A stretch of 64,000 nucleotides of DNA from Actinomycetales bacterium mxb001 (GTDB taxonomy: Bacteria > Actinomycetota > Actinomycetes > S36-B12). The notes under the pieces are model-generated. The model did no database searches, was not told the origin of the DNA, and was given only the letters and a program-made list of their open reading frames with translations. This document shows, piece by piece, positions 1 through 9,470 of the stretch. Within the stretch, counting starts at the first letter, position 1, and each line of letters begins with the position of its first letter. The DNA lies in assembly GCA_004379115.1 (NCBI GenBank), contig NBNH01000320.1, positions 278-64,277 of the forward strand, written 5' to 3'. The translations under genes and the position numbers were made by a program.

Positions 1-2
1 AC

Positions 3-149
3 TACGCCGGACTCGAGCGCGACGCCGTCGTGGTCGGCAACGGCACGACCTGCGAGATCTGGGATGCCGAGGCCTGGCAGCAGTACCTGGCCGGACAGGA
101 AGAGGCGTTCTCGTCGATCAGCGAAGAGGTGGTGCCCGGAATTCTCTGA
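3..149 (+). CDS. mraZ: MraZ, C-terminal fragment (5' end lies outside the window)
   Basis: Frame-3 translation reads YAGLERDAVVVGNGTTCEIWDAEAWQQYLAGQEEAFSSISEEVVPGIL, with stop TGA at 147-149. It resembles the MraZ C-terminus (EIWD..W) and sits upstream of rsmH. It is absent from the ORF track because it has no start codon in the window. Confidence 0.8.
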   Translation, partial: YAGLERDAVVVGNGTTCEIWDAEAWQQYLAGQEEAFSSISEEVVPGIL

Positions 150-191
150 CGACGACGTCCGTCGCGTGAGGTCTCCTCCCGCGTGACATGC

Positions 192-217
192 CTGGGGATC
201 ACTTCCCCGATCTCCAG
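192..217 (+). other. Candidate RNA hairpin in the mraZ-rsmH spacer
   Basis: CTGGGGATC (192-200) pairs with GATCTCCAG (209-217), giving 9 bp with one G-U pair. The 8-nt loop is C-rich (ACTTCCCC). A 12-nt perfect palindrome GTCGGATCCGAC follows at 221-232. Confidence 0.3.
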
Positions 218-302
218 TCGGTCGGATCCGACGCGGGGGGGCACCTGACCCGACGGACACACACCAGACCAGCCCGACAAGCGAACGACGGAAAGGACGA
301 CA

Positions 303-467
303 GTGACCACCATCCTCGACATCCACGAGCGGACACGCCGCGGACTGGATTCGTCGCGCAAGGTCACGGTCTCGACGACGCGTCGAGCCGTTCTCGCCCT
401 GGGTGCGGGAGTCATCACCGGCCTGGCCATGGGCCTGGCCACCGCCATCGCCGGGCGCTGGAGCTGA
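303..467 (+). CDS. Candidate small tail-anchored membrane protein (54 aa), not in the ORF track
   Basis: GTG at 303 is preceded by GGAAAGGA. The translation is VTTILDIHERTRRGLDSSRKVTVSTTRRAVLALGAGVITGLAMGLATAIAGRWS, with stop TGA at 465-467. Third codon positions are strongly G/C, as in neighbouring genes. A hydrophobic C-terminal helix is present. Confidence 0.45.
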   Translation: MTTILDIHERTRRGLDSSRKVTVSTTRRAVLALGAGVITGLAMGLATAIAGRWS

Positions 468-473
468 TCCACC

Positions 474-1421
474 ATGACGACCCCGACTCACGTGCCCGTC
501 ATGCGGGACCGTGTCGTCGCCCTCTTGGCGCCGGCACTGCGTGAGCCTGGGTCTGTCTTCGTCGACGCCACGCTCGGTCTCGGCGGCCACTCCGCGGCGG
601 TCCTGACCGAGGTGCCGACCTGCCGCCTGGTCGGCCTCGATCGCGACACCGCGGCACTCGAGGTCGCGCGCGAGCGCCTGGCGCCCTGGAGCGATCGCAT
701 CACCCTCGTCCACGCCGTCTACGACCGCATGCCCGAGGTCCTCGAGTCGCTGGGCATCAGTGCGGTGCAGGGCATCTTGTTCGACCTCGGCGTCTCCTCG
801 ATGCAGCTGGACGAGTCTTCTCGCGGCTTCGCGTATGCGCAGGACGCGCCGTTGGACATGCGCATGGATGCGACGACGGGCTTGACGGCTGCGGACATCC
901 TCAACACCTACTCGGTGGATGACCTCACCCGCATCCTGCGGTCGTACGGCGAGGAGCGCTACGCGCGCCGAATCGCGCAGCGCATCGTGGCCGAGCGCGA
1001 GGTCGCGCCGTGGACGACGTCCGAGCGTCTCGTCGAGGTAGTGCGGGGGGCCATCCCCGCCGCCGCGCGCGCGACCGGCGGACACCCGGCCAAGCGCACC
1101 TTCCAGGCCCTGCGCATCGAGGTCAACGCTGAGCTCGAGGTCCTCGAGCGCGCGGTGCCTGCGGCCCTGTCGTGCCTGGCCCCCGAAGGCCGCATGGTCG
1201 TCATGAGCTACCACTCCCTCGAGGACCGCCTGGTCAAGCAGGCGTTCGCCGCCGGCGCGCATCCCGATGTGCCACGTGGCCTGCCCGTCATCCCCGAATC
1301 CCTGCGTCCGTGGCTGCGCCTCGTCACCCGCGGGGCCGAGAAGGCGTCGGCGGAGGAGATCTCAGGCAATCCGCGCTCGCAGTCGGTGCGAGTGCGCGCA
1401 GTGGAACGGATGGCGGCATGA
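474..1421 (+). CDS. rsmH: 16S rRNA (cytosine1402-N4)-methyltransferase RsmH/MraW
   Basis: 315 aa. The N-terminal HVPVM...[13 protein letters not shown]-binding motif is present, and the gene holds the dcw position after mraZ. Confidence 0.95.
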   Translation: MTTPTHVPVMRDRVVALLAPALREPGSVFVDATLGLGGHSAAVLTEVPTCRLVGLDRDTAALEVARERLAPWSDRITLVHAVYDRMPEVLESLGISAVQGILFDLGVSSMQLDESSRGFAYAQDAPLDMRMDATTGLTAADILNTYSVDDLTRILRSYGEERYARRIAQRIVAEREVAPWTTSERLVEVVRGAIPAAARATGGHPAKRTFQALRIEVNAELEVLERAVPAALSCLAPEGRMVVMSYHSLEDRLVKQAFAAGAHPDVPRGLPVIPESLRPWLRLVTRGAEKASAEEISGNPRSQSVRVRAVERMAA

Positions 1422-2269
1422 GCGCGACGGCACGCAAGCTCGACTACGACGATTTCGACGACCGTCGCGACGATCATCGGATCGCCGAGCCGGAAGAGAG
1501 CATCATTCTCTTCACCGAGCCCGAGGCACGTCCCCGCCGTCGCGCTGAGCGCGCGCGTCCCCGACTCGTTCCGTCCACCGCCCCTGCGATCCGACGCAAG
1601 CGTCTGGGGATCTTCGCGGTCGTCTGCCTCGGCATCGTGTCGATCGGCCTCGTGGCGATGCTCATCGTCAACACGATGCTGGCCTCCGGAGCGTTCACGA
1701 TCAGCGAGCTGGAGGCCCAGAAGGCCCAACTGCTCGAGCAGGAGCAGCAGCTGCAGGAAGAGATCGCCATCGCCTCGGCTCCCTTCCTGCTCGAGGAGCG
1801 GGCTCGTGGCCTGGGCATGGTGCCGCAGGATGCGCCCGCGTTCATCAGCCTGGAGACGGGCGAGATCCTCGGCAACGCCGTCCCGCAGCCGGAGCCGATC
1901 GTCGTCGATCCGGCCACCGGCACCTACGTCAACGGCTACCTCATCGATCCCACCACCGGCGAGATGTACATCGACCCGCACACGGGCATGCCCATCACCC
2001 AGGACGGACAGCCGATCGGCTACAACGGCGAAAACGTCGACGGCACGGCGAGAGAAGACGCCGTTCTCGATCCCGACACCGGCGAGTGGGTGGACCCGGT
2101 CACCGGTGAGCCCATCGGAGAGCCCGTGGTCGATCCCACGGAAGGCGAAGCTCCCATCGGCGGCGACGATGGCGATGTGTCGGAGGAGGGTGGGTTCCCG
2201 ACCGATCCCACGCTTCCGTCGGAGCCGGGTGCGGGCGAGGGTGGGGGCTCCGCCCAGGAGGGCCCGTGA
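1418..2269 (+). CDS. ftsL: FtsL-like cell division protein with a long acidic DPxTG-repeat C-terminal extension
   Basis: ATG at 1418 overlaps the rsmH stop. The protein has one TM helix ([22 protein letters not shown]), a coiled coil ([20 protein letters not shown]), and a LGMVP segment. It occupies the position between rsmH and ftsI. The last ~125 aa are D/P/T/G-rich. Confidence 0.8.
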   Translation: MSATARKLDYDDFDDRRDDHRIAEPEESIILFTEPEARPRRRAERARPRLVPSTAPAIRRKRLGIFAVVCLGIVSIGLVAMLIVNTMLASGAFTISELEAQKAQLLEQEQQLQEEIAIASAPFLLEERARGLGMVPQDAPAFISLETGEILGNAVPQPEPIVVDPATGTYVNGYLIDPTTGEMYIDPHTGMPITQDGQPIGYNGENVDGTAREDAVLDPDTGEWVDPVTGEPIGEPVVDPTEGEAPIGGDDGDVSEEGGFPTDPTLPSEPGAGEGGGSAQEGP

Positions 2270-4023
2270 GCACAGCGGCTCCGCCTCGACGCTCCGCTCC
2301 TGCCAATCGACGTCCTCCGTCGCGACCTACGACGCGTCAGTCACCGCCCCTGCGCCTGGGCAGCCCGAGGCGCCGGGCCGGGGTGCTCTTCATCGCCGCC
2401 GTGATCGTGCTGTCGGCCTTCGCCGTACGCCTGCTGGAGATCCAGGCCTTCCGCGGTGACGCTCTCGCGGCCGCGGCCGTCGATCAGCGCACGACGACGG
2501 TGACGGTGCTGGCGGACCGCGGCGACATCCTCGACATCAACGGCGTGCCGCTTGCCTCGACAGTAGAAGCGCGCAATGTCACCGCTGACCAAACGCTGAT
2601 CGACGATCCATACGCGACGGCGCAGGATCTGGCGCCCATCATCGGCGGTTCCATCACCGACATCGCGGCGCGACTCTCAGGCGACCGTCGCTTCGTCTAC
2701 GTCGCCAAGAGCATCTCCCCGGAGCAGTGGCGCCAGATCGATGAGATGGGACTCGTTGGCATCTTCAGCGAGCGCACGACCAAGCGCATCTACCCGGCTG
2801 ACAGCGTGGCCGCCAACGTCGTCGGGTTCGTCGGAGCTGACGGACAGGGGCTGGGTGGGGTCGAATACGCGTTCGACGATCTCCTCTCCGGCACCGACGG
2901 ATGGCGCACCTACGAGCGCGGTGCCGGCGGGGCGGCCATTCCCACAGCCGACATGTCGCACGAGGATCCGCTACCGGGAGCTCCGGTGCGCCTCACTATC
3001 GATCGCGATATCCAATACGTCGCACAGCGCGCCCTCGCCAATGAGGTAGCCGCATCAGGAGCGGAGAGCGGCTCGATCGTGGTGATGGATCCGCGCACCG
3101 GCCACATCCTGGCCCTGGCCACGGCGCCGACGTTCAATCCCAACGATCCGTCCTCGGGTGATCCTGACAACATGGGCAACCGCGCCCTGTCGGATGCCTT
3201 CGAGCCGGGCTCCACCGCGAAGATCATGACGGTCGCCGCCGTGCTCGAAGAGGGAGGCGCTCTGCCGACCACGGTCTTCGAGGTGCCGGGCACGCTCGAG
3301 CGCTCCGGCAAGAGATTCCACGACGCCACGGAGCACGGGACCTACACGTGGGACCTCACCACGATCTTCTCGCAGTCATCCAACATCGGAACGATCCTGG
3401 CCGCAGAGACCATCGACCAGGGCGTCTTCTACGACTACCTGCGCAAGTTCGGCATGGGTGAGCCCACCGGGCTCGGCTTCCCGGGCGAGACGCAGGGTTT
3501 CCTGCCACCGATGGATGAGTGGTCAGGGACGACGTTCCCCACTCTCACCTTCGGCCAGGGATTCAGCATCAACGCCGTCCAGATCGCCGGGGCCTTCAGC
3601 ACGATCGCCAACGACGGTGTGCGCGTCCCGCCGACCCTGGTGATGAGCGATGCGGCCGCTCCCGAAGGGATTCGCGTCGTCAGCGAACACACGGCTCGGA
3701 CGGTGCGGGAGATGCTCGAGAAGGTCGTCGCCGACGATGGCACCGCCCCGATGGCCGGGATCCCCGGCTACCGCGTCGGTGGCAAGACCGGCACCGCCCA
3801 GGTCATCAACCCGGCCTGCGGCTGCTACGACGGAAGCACGATCGGCTCCTTCATCGGCATGGCGCCGATCGAGGCGCCCGAACTCGTCATCGGTGTCACG
3901 ATCGCGCGCCCCAAGGTCGAGCAGCTCGGCGGTGAGCTTGCGGGACCGGTCTTCCGCGAGGTGATGACCTACGCGCTGCAGGCCCGTCGCGTCGCGCCGG
4001 TCACGACCACGACCAACGGCTAG
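2266..4023 (+). CDS. ftsI: Peptidoglycan D,D-transpeptidase FtsI (class B PBP)
   Basis: 585 aa with the STAK (SxxK), SSN (SxN) and KTGTA (KTG) motifs. The GTG start overlaps the ftsL stop. Confidence 0.93.
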   Translation: MSTAAPPRRSAPANRRPPSRPTTRQSPPLRLGSPRRRAGVLFIAAVIVLSAFAVRLLEIQAFRGDALAAAAVDQRTTTVTVLADRGDILDINGVPLASTVEARNVTADQTLIDDPYATAQDLAPIIGGSITDIAARLSGDRRFVYVAKSISPEQWRQIDEMGLVGIFSERTTKRIYPADSVAANVVGFVGADGQGLGGVEYAFDDLLSGTDGWRTYERGAGGAAIPTADMSHEDPLPGAPVRLTIDRDIQYVAQRALANEVAASGAESGSIVVMDPRTGHILALATAPTFNPNDPSSGDPDNMGNRALSDAFEPGSTAKIMTVAAVLEEGGALPTTVFEVPGTLERSGKRFHDATEHGTYTWDLTTIFSQSSNIGTILAAETIDQGVFYDYLRKFGMGEPTGLGFPGETQGFLPPMDEWSGTTFPTLTFGQGFSINAVQIAGAFSTIANDGVRVPPTLVMSDAAAPEGIRVVSEHTARTVREMLEKVVADDGTAPMAGIPGYRVGGKTGTAQVINPACGCYDGSTIGSFIGMAPIEAPELVIGVTIARPKVEQLGGELAGPVFREVMTYALQARRVAPVTTTTNG

Positions 4024-4032
4024 CCTTTCATC

Positions 4033-5514
4033 GTGTCCACGATGCTGCGTCCCGCCACCGTGGCGCGCTCCCTCGGAGACCTCGCCGACGCTCTCGGACT
4101 GCAGGTGAGTCTCGACGATCGTGACGTTGCGGTTACCGGAGTCACGCTGGACTCGCGAGCGGTGGAGCCCGGTGACCTCTTCGCTGCCCTGCCAGGCGAG
4201 CGCGTCCACGGATCGCAGTTCTGCTCCGAGGCGCGAGCGCGAGGTGCGGTAGCCGTCCTCACCGACGAGACGACGTCCGACGTGGCCGGGCTCCCGGTCC
4301 TGCGGACGCCAGAGCCTCGTGCGGTGCTCGGTGAGTTGGCGGCGGAGGTCTACGGGCGCCCCGGTGATGACCTGCTGATGGTGGGGATCACCGGTACCAA
4401 TGGAAAGACGACGACGGCCTTTCTCGTCGAGGCGGGCCTGCGCGCAGCCGGATATGCCACGGGCGTCATCGGTACGACGGGCATCCGACTCGGGGACACA
4501 TCGGTACCCAGCGCGCGCACGACGCCGGAGGCGCCTGATCTGCACGCACTGCTCGGGGTCATGCGCGAGCGCGGGATCGATGCTGTCGCCATGGAGGTCT
4601 CCAGTCACGCGCTTGCCCTGGGCAGGGTTGACGGATTGACCTTCGACATCGCCGTCTTCACCAATCTTTCCCAGGACCACCTGGATTTCCACGGCACGAT
4701 GGAGGCGTATTTCGCTGCTAAAGCCTCCCTTTTCACCCCGCAGCGGGCTCGGCGTGCGGTCGTGGGGGTCGATGACGAGTGGGGAACACGTCTGGCGCAG
4801 CAAACCGAGCTGCCGGTCACGACCTACGCCCTGGATCATGATGCGGACGTGCGCTGCATCGACTTGGTCGAGGACCTCGGCGAGCAACGCATGTCGGTCA
4901 CATGCGATGACGGCGTCTTCGACGTCATCGTGGGGATTCCCGGCCGATTCAATGCGGCCAATGGCCTTGCTGCGTGGACCTCTCTGCACACGCTCGGCCT
5001 TCCCGACGGCGTGCTCTCCACGGCGATGCGCGATGTGCGTGTGCCCGGACGCATGGAACTCGTCGACGAGGGTCAGGAATTCGTCGCCCTGGTCGACTAC
5101 GCCCACAGCCCCGACTCTGTCGAGCGCGTGCTGGCGTCCGTGCAACCGGCTGCCGGTGGGCGGCGCATCGTCGTCCTGGGCTGCGGGGGAGATCGCGATC
5201 GTGACAAGCGCCCGATCATGGGACGCATCGCCGCGGAGTGGGCCGAACTCCTTGTCGTGACCGACGACAACCCTCGATCGGAGGACCCCGCCAGCATCCG
5301 GGCCGCCATGATGGGAGGCATCGTTGCCCCCAAGGGAGAGGTGCGCGAGATTGCTGATCGTCGGGCAGCCATCGCCGAGGCGGTGACCGAAGCACGTCCC
5401 GGAGATGTCGTTCTCATCCTCGGCAAGGGCCACGAGCCCGGGCAGGAGATCGGCGGAGTGGTCCATCCCTTCAGTGATCGCGAGGAGCTGAGCATGGCGC
5501 TGAGGTCCGCATGA
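4033..5514 (+). CDS. murE: UDP-N-acetylmuramoyl-L-alanyl-D-glutamate--2,6-diaminopimelate ligase
   Basis: 493 aa. It has the Mur ligase P-loop GITGTNGKTTT and the DDNPR motif typical of DAP-adding MurE. Confidence 0.95.
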   Translation: MSTMLRPATVARSLGDLADALGLQVSLDDRDVAVTGVTLDSRAVEPGDLFAALPGERVHGSQFCSEARARGAVAVLTDETTSDVAGLPVLRTPEPRAVLGELAAEVYGRPGDDLLMVGITGTNGKTTTAFLVEAGLRAAGYATGVIGTTGIRLGDTSVPSARTTPEAPDLHALLGVMRERGIDAVAMEVSSHALALGRVDGLTFDIAVFTNLSQDHLDFHGTMEAYFAAKASLFTPQRARRAVVGVDDEWGTRLAQQTELPVTTYALDHDADVRCIDLVEDLGEQRMSVTCDDGVFDVIVGIPGRFNAANGLAAWTSLHTLGLPDGVLSTAMRDVRVPGRMELVDEGQEFVALVDYAHSPDSVERVLASVQPAAGGRRIVVLGCGGDRDRDKRPIMGRIAAEWAELLVVTDDNPRSEDPASIRAAMMGGIVAPKGEVREIADRRAAIAEAVTEARPGDVVLILGKGHEPGQEIGGVVHPFSDREELSMALRSA

Positions 5515-6890
5515 TCCCGATGACCCTGGCCGAGATCGCCGGCGTCGTGGGTGGCCGAATCGTCGATGGCGAGCCGGACATCGTCGTGACGTCGGCCGTG
5601 GCGGATTCGCGCGAAGCCGTGCCCGGCTCGCTCTTCGTGGCCATCGCGGGCCAGCGGGTCGACGGTCATGACTTCGTGGACGACGCACGATCTCGGGGCG
5701 CGGTCGTCACGCTCTCGGAGCGTCCGGTCGGATCGCCAGCGGTCGTGGTGGCCGATCCCGTGCGAGCGCTGGGCGCGCTGGCCGGCTACGTGATCCAGCG
5801 GCTGCCCGACACCCTCGTCTTCGGCATCACGGGCTCCAGCGGCAAGACCACGACCAAGGACATGCTGGCCGCCATCCTCGCGCCGCACGGTGAGACCGTG
5901 GCGCCACGCAACTCCTTCAACTCCGAGGTCGGCCTTCCCCTCACCGTGCTGTCATGCACGACGACCACGCGCTACCTCGTCCTGGAGATGGGGATGCGCG
6001 GTCGTGGCCACATCGCCTACCTGTGCGAGATCGCGCACCCGCGGATCACCGGCCTGATCAATGTCGGCTCCGCGCACCTGGAGTTGCTCGGAAGCCGCGA
6101 GGCTATTGCCGAAGCCAAGGGCGAGATCATCGTGGGCCTGCCGGAGGATGGGGTTGCCGTCCTGCATGCCGACAATCCCCTGGTCATGGCGCAGGCACCG
6201 CGCACCACTGCGCGGATCATGACCTTCGGCGAGGCAGCGGACGCCACAGTGCGCGCGACCGACGTCACCATCGACCCGCTCGCGCGAGCGTCCTACACCG
6301 TCCACGCCGCTGGCGAGACGGCTCGGGTCGAGTTGCGCATGGCCGGGGAGCATCAGGTGGCCAACGCCCTGGCGGCCACGGCCATGGCGCTGGCCGCGGG
6401 CGTGTCCCTGGCCGACATCGCATCCTCGCTCAACGCCTACGAGCCGGTGAGCAAGTGGCGCATGGAGGTGCATGAGCGCCCCGACGGCGTCATCGTCGTC
6501 AACGATGCCTACAACGCCAACCCGGAGTCGACTCGCGCGGCGCTGAAGGCGCTGGTTGCCATGGGCAAGGGACGTCGTACCTGGGCAGTTCTCGGCGAGA
6601 TGAAGGAGATCGGCGATACGTCGGTCGACGAGCACGACGCCATCGGACGCCTTGCGGTGCGTCTTGACGTGCAACGGCTCATCGCGGTGGGCGAGGGCGC
6701 GCGACCCGTGCACCTGGGGGCCAGCCACGAAGGTTCGTGGGGCAACGAGTCCACGTGGGTCCCTGACGCCGAGTCGGCCTTGAGCCTGCTGCGCGCGGAG
6801 ATCCAGCCCGGAGACGTGGTCCTGGTCAAGGCGTCCCGGTCGATCGGGCTCGACGTCGTGGCGACCGGCCTGCTGGAGGATGCGCCGTGA
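5511..6890 (+). CDS. murF: UDP-N-acetylmuramoyl-tripeptide--D-alanyl-D-alanine ligase
   Basis: 459 aa with the GITGSSGKTTTK P-loop. ATGA overlap with murE. Standard dcw order. Confidence 0.95.
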   Translation: MIPMTLAEIAGVVGGRIVDGEPDIVVTSAVADSREAVPGSLFVAIAGQRVDGHDFVDDARSRGAVVTLSERPVGSPAVVVADPVRALGALAGYVIQRLPDTLVFGITGSSGKTTTKDMLAAILAPHGETVAPRNSFNSEVGLPLTVLSCTTTTRYLVLEMGMRGRGHIAYLCEIAHPRITGLINVGSAHLELLGSREAIAEAKGEIIVGLPEDGVAVLHADNPLVMAQAPRTTARIMTFGEAADATVRATDVTIDPLARASYTVHAAGETARVELRMAGEHQVANALAATAMALAAGVSLADIASSLNAYEPVSKWRMEVHERPDGVIVVNDAYNANPESTRAALKALVAMGKGRRTWAVLGEMKEIGDTSVDEHDAIGRLAVRLDVQRLIAVGEGARPVHLGASHEGSWGNESTWVPDAESALSLLRAEIQPGDVVLVKASRSIGLDVVATGLLEDAP

Positions 6891-7954
6891 AACTCGTCGT
6901 GGCTTCGGGCGTTATCTCAGTGCTGGTTGTCCTCATCGGCACGCCCCTGCTCATCAAGCTGCTGCTGCGCCGGGGGTACTCGCAGGCGATCCGCGTGTCG
7001 ACCGAGGGAGAGCCCTACCCCGAGCACGAGGGGAAGCGTGGCACGCCGTCGATGGGCGGCGTTGCGATCATCACCGGCGTCGTCCTCGCCTACGGACTGA
7101 CGCACCTGATCTTCTGGACCCCGCCGTCGCCCTCGGCGCTGCTCATCCTCTATCTGATGCTTGGCCTGGCCGCCGTGGGCGTAGCCGACGACTACCTCAA
7201 GATCTTCAAGCAGCGGTCGACGGGACTTCGTGCGCGCACGAAGCTCATCGGCCAGGCCGTGATCGCCCTGAGCTTCGCCTACCTTGCGCTGCAGTTCCCG
7301 AATGCCATCGGCGAAACGCCCGCGGTGACTGCTGTCTCCTTCATCCGCGACACCCCGCTCGTCCTGCCCGTGGCTCTCTACGTGCTGTGGATCTGGTTCC
7401 TGGTCACGGCTTCCACCAACGGCGTCAACCTGACCGACGGTCTCGACGGACTCGCAACGGGTGCGGCGACGATGACCTTCGGTGCCTACGTCCTCATCGG
7501 CGTGTGGCAGTACGGGCAGTCGTGCTTCTTCACGCCCGGTCCGGCGTGCTATCCCACCGCCAGCCCCCTCGACCTCGCGGCACTCGCCGCTGCGTGTGCT
7601 GGCGCGTGCTTCGCGTTCCTTTGGTACAACGCCGCGCCCGCCAAGATCTTCATGGGCGATACCGGCTCGCTTGCCATCGGCGGCGCCATCGCGGGCTTCG
7701 CGGTGATCAGCCGCACCGAACTCCTCCTGGCTCTGCTGGGCGGCCTTTTCGTCCTCATCTCCCTCTCGGTCATCGGCCAGGTGGCGTCCTACAAGGTCCT
7801 GCATCGCCGCATGCTTCTCATGGCCCCTCTTCACCATCACTTCGAGATGAAGGGCTGGCCCGAGGTCAACATCGTGGTGAGGTTCTGGATCATCCAGGGA
7901 ATGTGCGTGGCGCTCGGCCTGACCATCTTCTATGCCGAGTGGGTGCGTGGATGA
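6887..7954 (+). CDS. mraY: Phospho-N-acetylmuramoyl-pentapeptide transferase
   Basis: 355 aa polytopic membrane protein with the NGVNLTDGLDGLA and MGDTGSLAIGG motifs. Confidence 0.95.
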   Translation: MKLVVASGVISVLVVLIGTPLLIKLLLRRGYSQAIRVSTEGEPYPEHEGKRGTPSMGGVAIITGVVLAYGLTHLIFWTPPSPSALLILYLMLGLAAVGVADDYLKIFKQRSTGLRARTKLIGQAVIALSFAYLALQFPNAIGETPAVTAVSFIRDTPLVLPVALYVLWIWFLVTASTNGVNLTDGLDGLATGAATMTFGAYVLIGVWQYGQSCFFTPGPACYPTASPLDLAALAAACAGACFAFLWYNAAPAKIFMGDTGSLAIGGAIAGFAVISRTELLLALLGGLFVLISLSVIGQVASYKVLHRRMLLMAPLHHHFEMKGWPEVNIVVRFWIIQGMCVALGLTIFYAEWVRG

Positions 7955-9387
7955 CGCGCGACCTGGACGCGCTGACCTCCTCCTCATCCGATTGGGCCGG
8001 GCTCCGCGTCACGGTGGCGGGCATTGGCATCGCCGGCTTCGCCGCCGCTGATGCGCTGCTGTCGGTAGGCGCCGAGGTCACCGTGCTCGATGCCAGCGAC
8101 GACGACAAGCGCCGGGAGAAGGCCGCCGTGCTCGAGACCCTGGGGGCGAGCGTGCGGCTGGGGTATCCCGGCTCAGCGGATGACGAAGCCGACGTGCTGG
8201 TCGTGTCGCCGGGTATCCGACCGCGCGATCCCGTCATCGTCAGTGCCCTCGACCGCGGTATCGCCGTGTGGGGCGAGCTCGAGGTGGCCTGGCGGCTGCG
8301 CTTCGCGGATCAACCGGCCCCGTGGCTGTGCGTGACGGGCACCAATGGCAAGACCACGACGACGCTCATGCTCGACTCCATGCTGCGCGCCGCCGGGCTC
8401 GCATCGACGGCGGCGGGCAATGTGGGGTTCTCCCTGATCGACGCCGTACGCGATCGCTCGCTGCAGGTGATCGCCACCGAGGTCAGCGCCACGCAGATGC
8501 CCTTCGTCACGTCGATGAGCCCGGAGTCGGCCGCCTGCCTCAATCTCGCACCGGATCATCTCGACTACTTCTCCACCATGGAGGAGTACGGCCGCACCAA
8601 GGCCCTCGTCTACCGACACGCTCGCGTGGCCGCCGTCTACAACGTCGACGACCCCGTCACCGAGCAGATGGTGCGGGATGCCGACGTGATCGAGGGATGC
8701 CGCGCCGTGGGATTCACGCTGTCGGTGCCGTCCGTCTCGATGCTGGGGGTCGTCGACGACGCCCTGGTCGACCGGGCCTTCATCGACGATCGACGTACCC
8801 ATGCCCAGGAGCTCGCGACGGTGGAGGACGTACCAGGGCGCAGTCCCGCCAATGTCGCCAACGCCCTGGCCGCCGCGGCACTCGCGCGATCCTTCGGCGT
8901 CGCCCCGTCAGCCGTGCGAGAGGGGCTGCAGGGCTTCACGCCCGCACCGCATCGCGTCGCGCGCGTTGCCGATCACGGCGACGTGATCTTCATCGATGAC
9001 TCGAAGGCCACTAACACCCATGCTGCCCAGATGTCCCTGCGCGCCTTCGACTCGGTGGTGTGGATCGCCGGCGGCCAGGCCAAGGGCCAGTCGTTCGACG
9101 ATCTTGTACGCGTCGTCGCACCTCGCCTGCGCGGAGTCGTGCTGCTGGGCGTCGATCGCGGGGTGATCCGCGATGCGCTCGCCCGCCACGCCCCGGGCGT
9201 GGCGATCGCCGAGGTCGACCGCACCGACCCCGATGCGATGGTCGAGGTGGTGGCACTGGCCGCGGGCCTGGCCCGACCGGGCGATGCGGTCCTGCTCGCC
9301 CCGGGCTGCGCCAGTTGGGACATGTTCCGTGACTATGCCGACCGAGGCGACCGTTTCGCCGCGGCGGCCCGGGCCCTGGGGGAGTAG
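7951..9387 (+). CDS. murD: UDP-N-acetylmuramoylalanine--D-glutamate ligase
   Basis: ATG at 7951 (MTRDLDAL...) lies in the frame of the long 6880-9387 ORF. It has the Rossmann motif VAGIGIAGFA and the P-loop VTGTNGKTTT. ATGA overlap with mraY. Confidence 0.93.
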   Translation: MTRDLDALTSSSSDWAGLRVTVAGIGIAGFAAADALLSVGAEVTVLDASDDDKRREKAAVLETLGASVRLGYPGSADDEADVLVVSPGIRPRDPVIVSALDRGIAVWGELEVAWRLRFADQPAPWLCVTGTNGKTTTTLMLDSMLRAAGLASTAAGNVGFSLIDAVRDRSLQVIATEVSATQMPFVTSMSPESAACLNLAPDHLDYFSTMEEYGRTKALVYRHARVAAVYNVDDPVTEQMVRDADVIEGCRAVGFTLSVPSVSMLGVVDDALVDRAFIDDRRTHAQELATVEDVPGRSPANVANALAAAALARSFGVAPSAVREGLQGFTPAPHRVARVADHGDVIFIDDSKATNTHAAQMSLRAFDSVVWIAGGQAKGQSFDDLVRVVAPRLRGVVLLGVDRGVIRDALARHAPGVAIAEVDRTDPDAMVEVVALAAGLARPGDAVLLAPGCASWDMFRDYADRGDRFAAAARALGE

Positions 9388-9470
9388 CCCCGCCAGTCAC
9401 AGACGCCCCAGAACGCGACACGCGCCCCGATGTCACGGTTCCACCCCACCTGCACCGGAAGACTGTCCCC

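Noticed and set aside
188-544. A 118-aa plus-strand ORF and a 157-aa minus-strand ORF (2-475) covering the mraZ-rsmH spacer.
   Set aside because: The translations are His/Arg/Pro-rich without hydrophobic structure, and the plus-strand ORF runs into rsmH out of frame. The 303-467 frame has better codon bias, an RBS-like element and a TM helix, so it is the preferred candidate if anything here is coding.
3523-5688. A very long antisense ORF (721 aa) opposite ftsI/murE. Similar ones lie at 10499-11713, 24550-25656, 31372-32898, 38920-40122, 42416-44359, 51837-52838 and 60916-62244.
   Set aside because: Each lies fully opposite a gene with clear family motifs. The translations are Arg/Gly/His/Asp-rich with no recognisable motifs. 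Stop-free antisense frames are expected in high-GC DNA, so these are shadow ORFs.
6880-9387. Giant ORFs in the track: 835 aa at 6880-9387, 973 aa at 18807-21728, 654 aa at 27143-29107, 550 aa at 47646-49298 and 516 aa at 10235-11785.
   Set aside because: These are upstream read-through of the true gene's frame across the preceding gene. In each case the N-terminal part is Arg/Pro-rich nonsense, and a start codon with an overlap junction or an RBS gives the canonical protein (murD, permease 2, UPF0126, hisD, murG).
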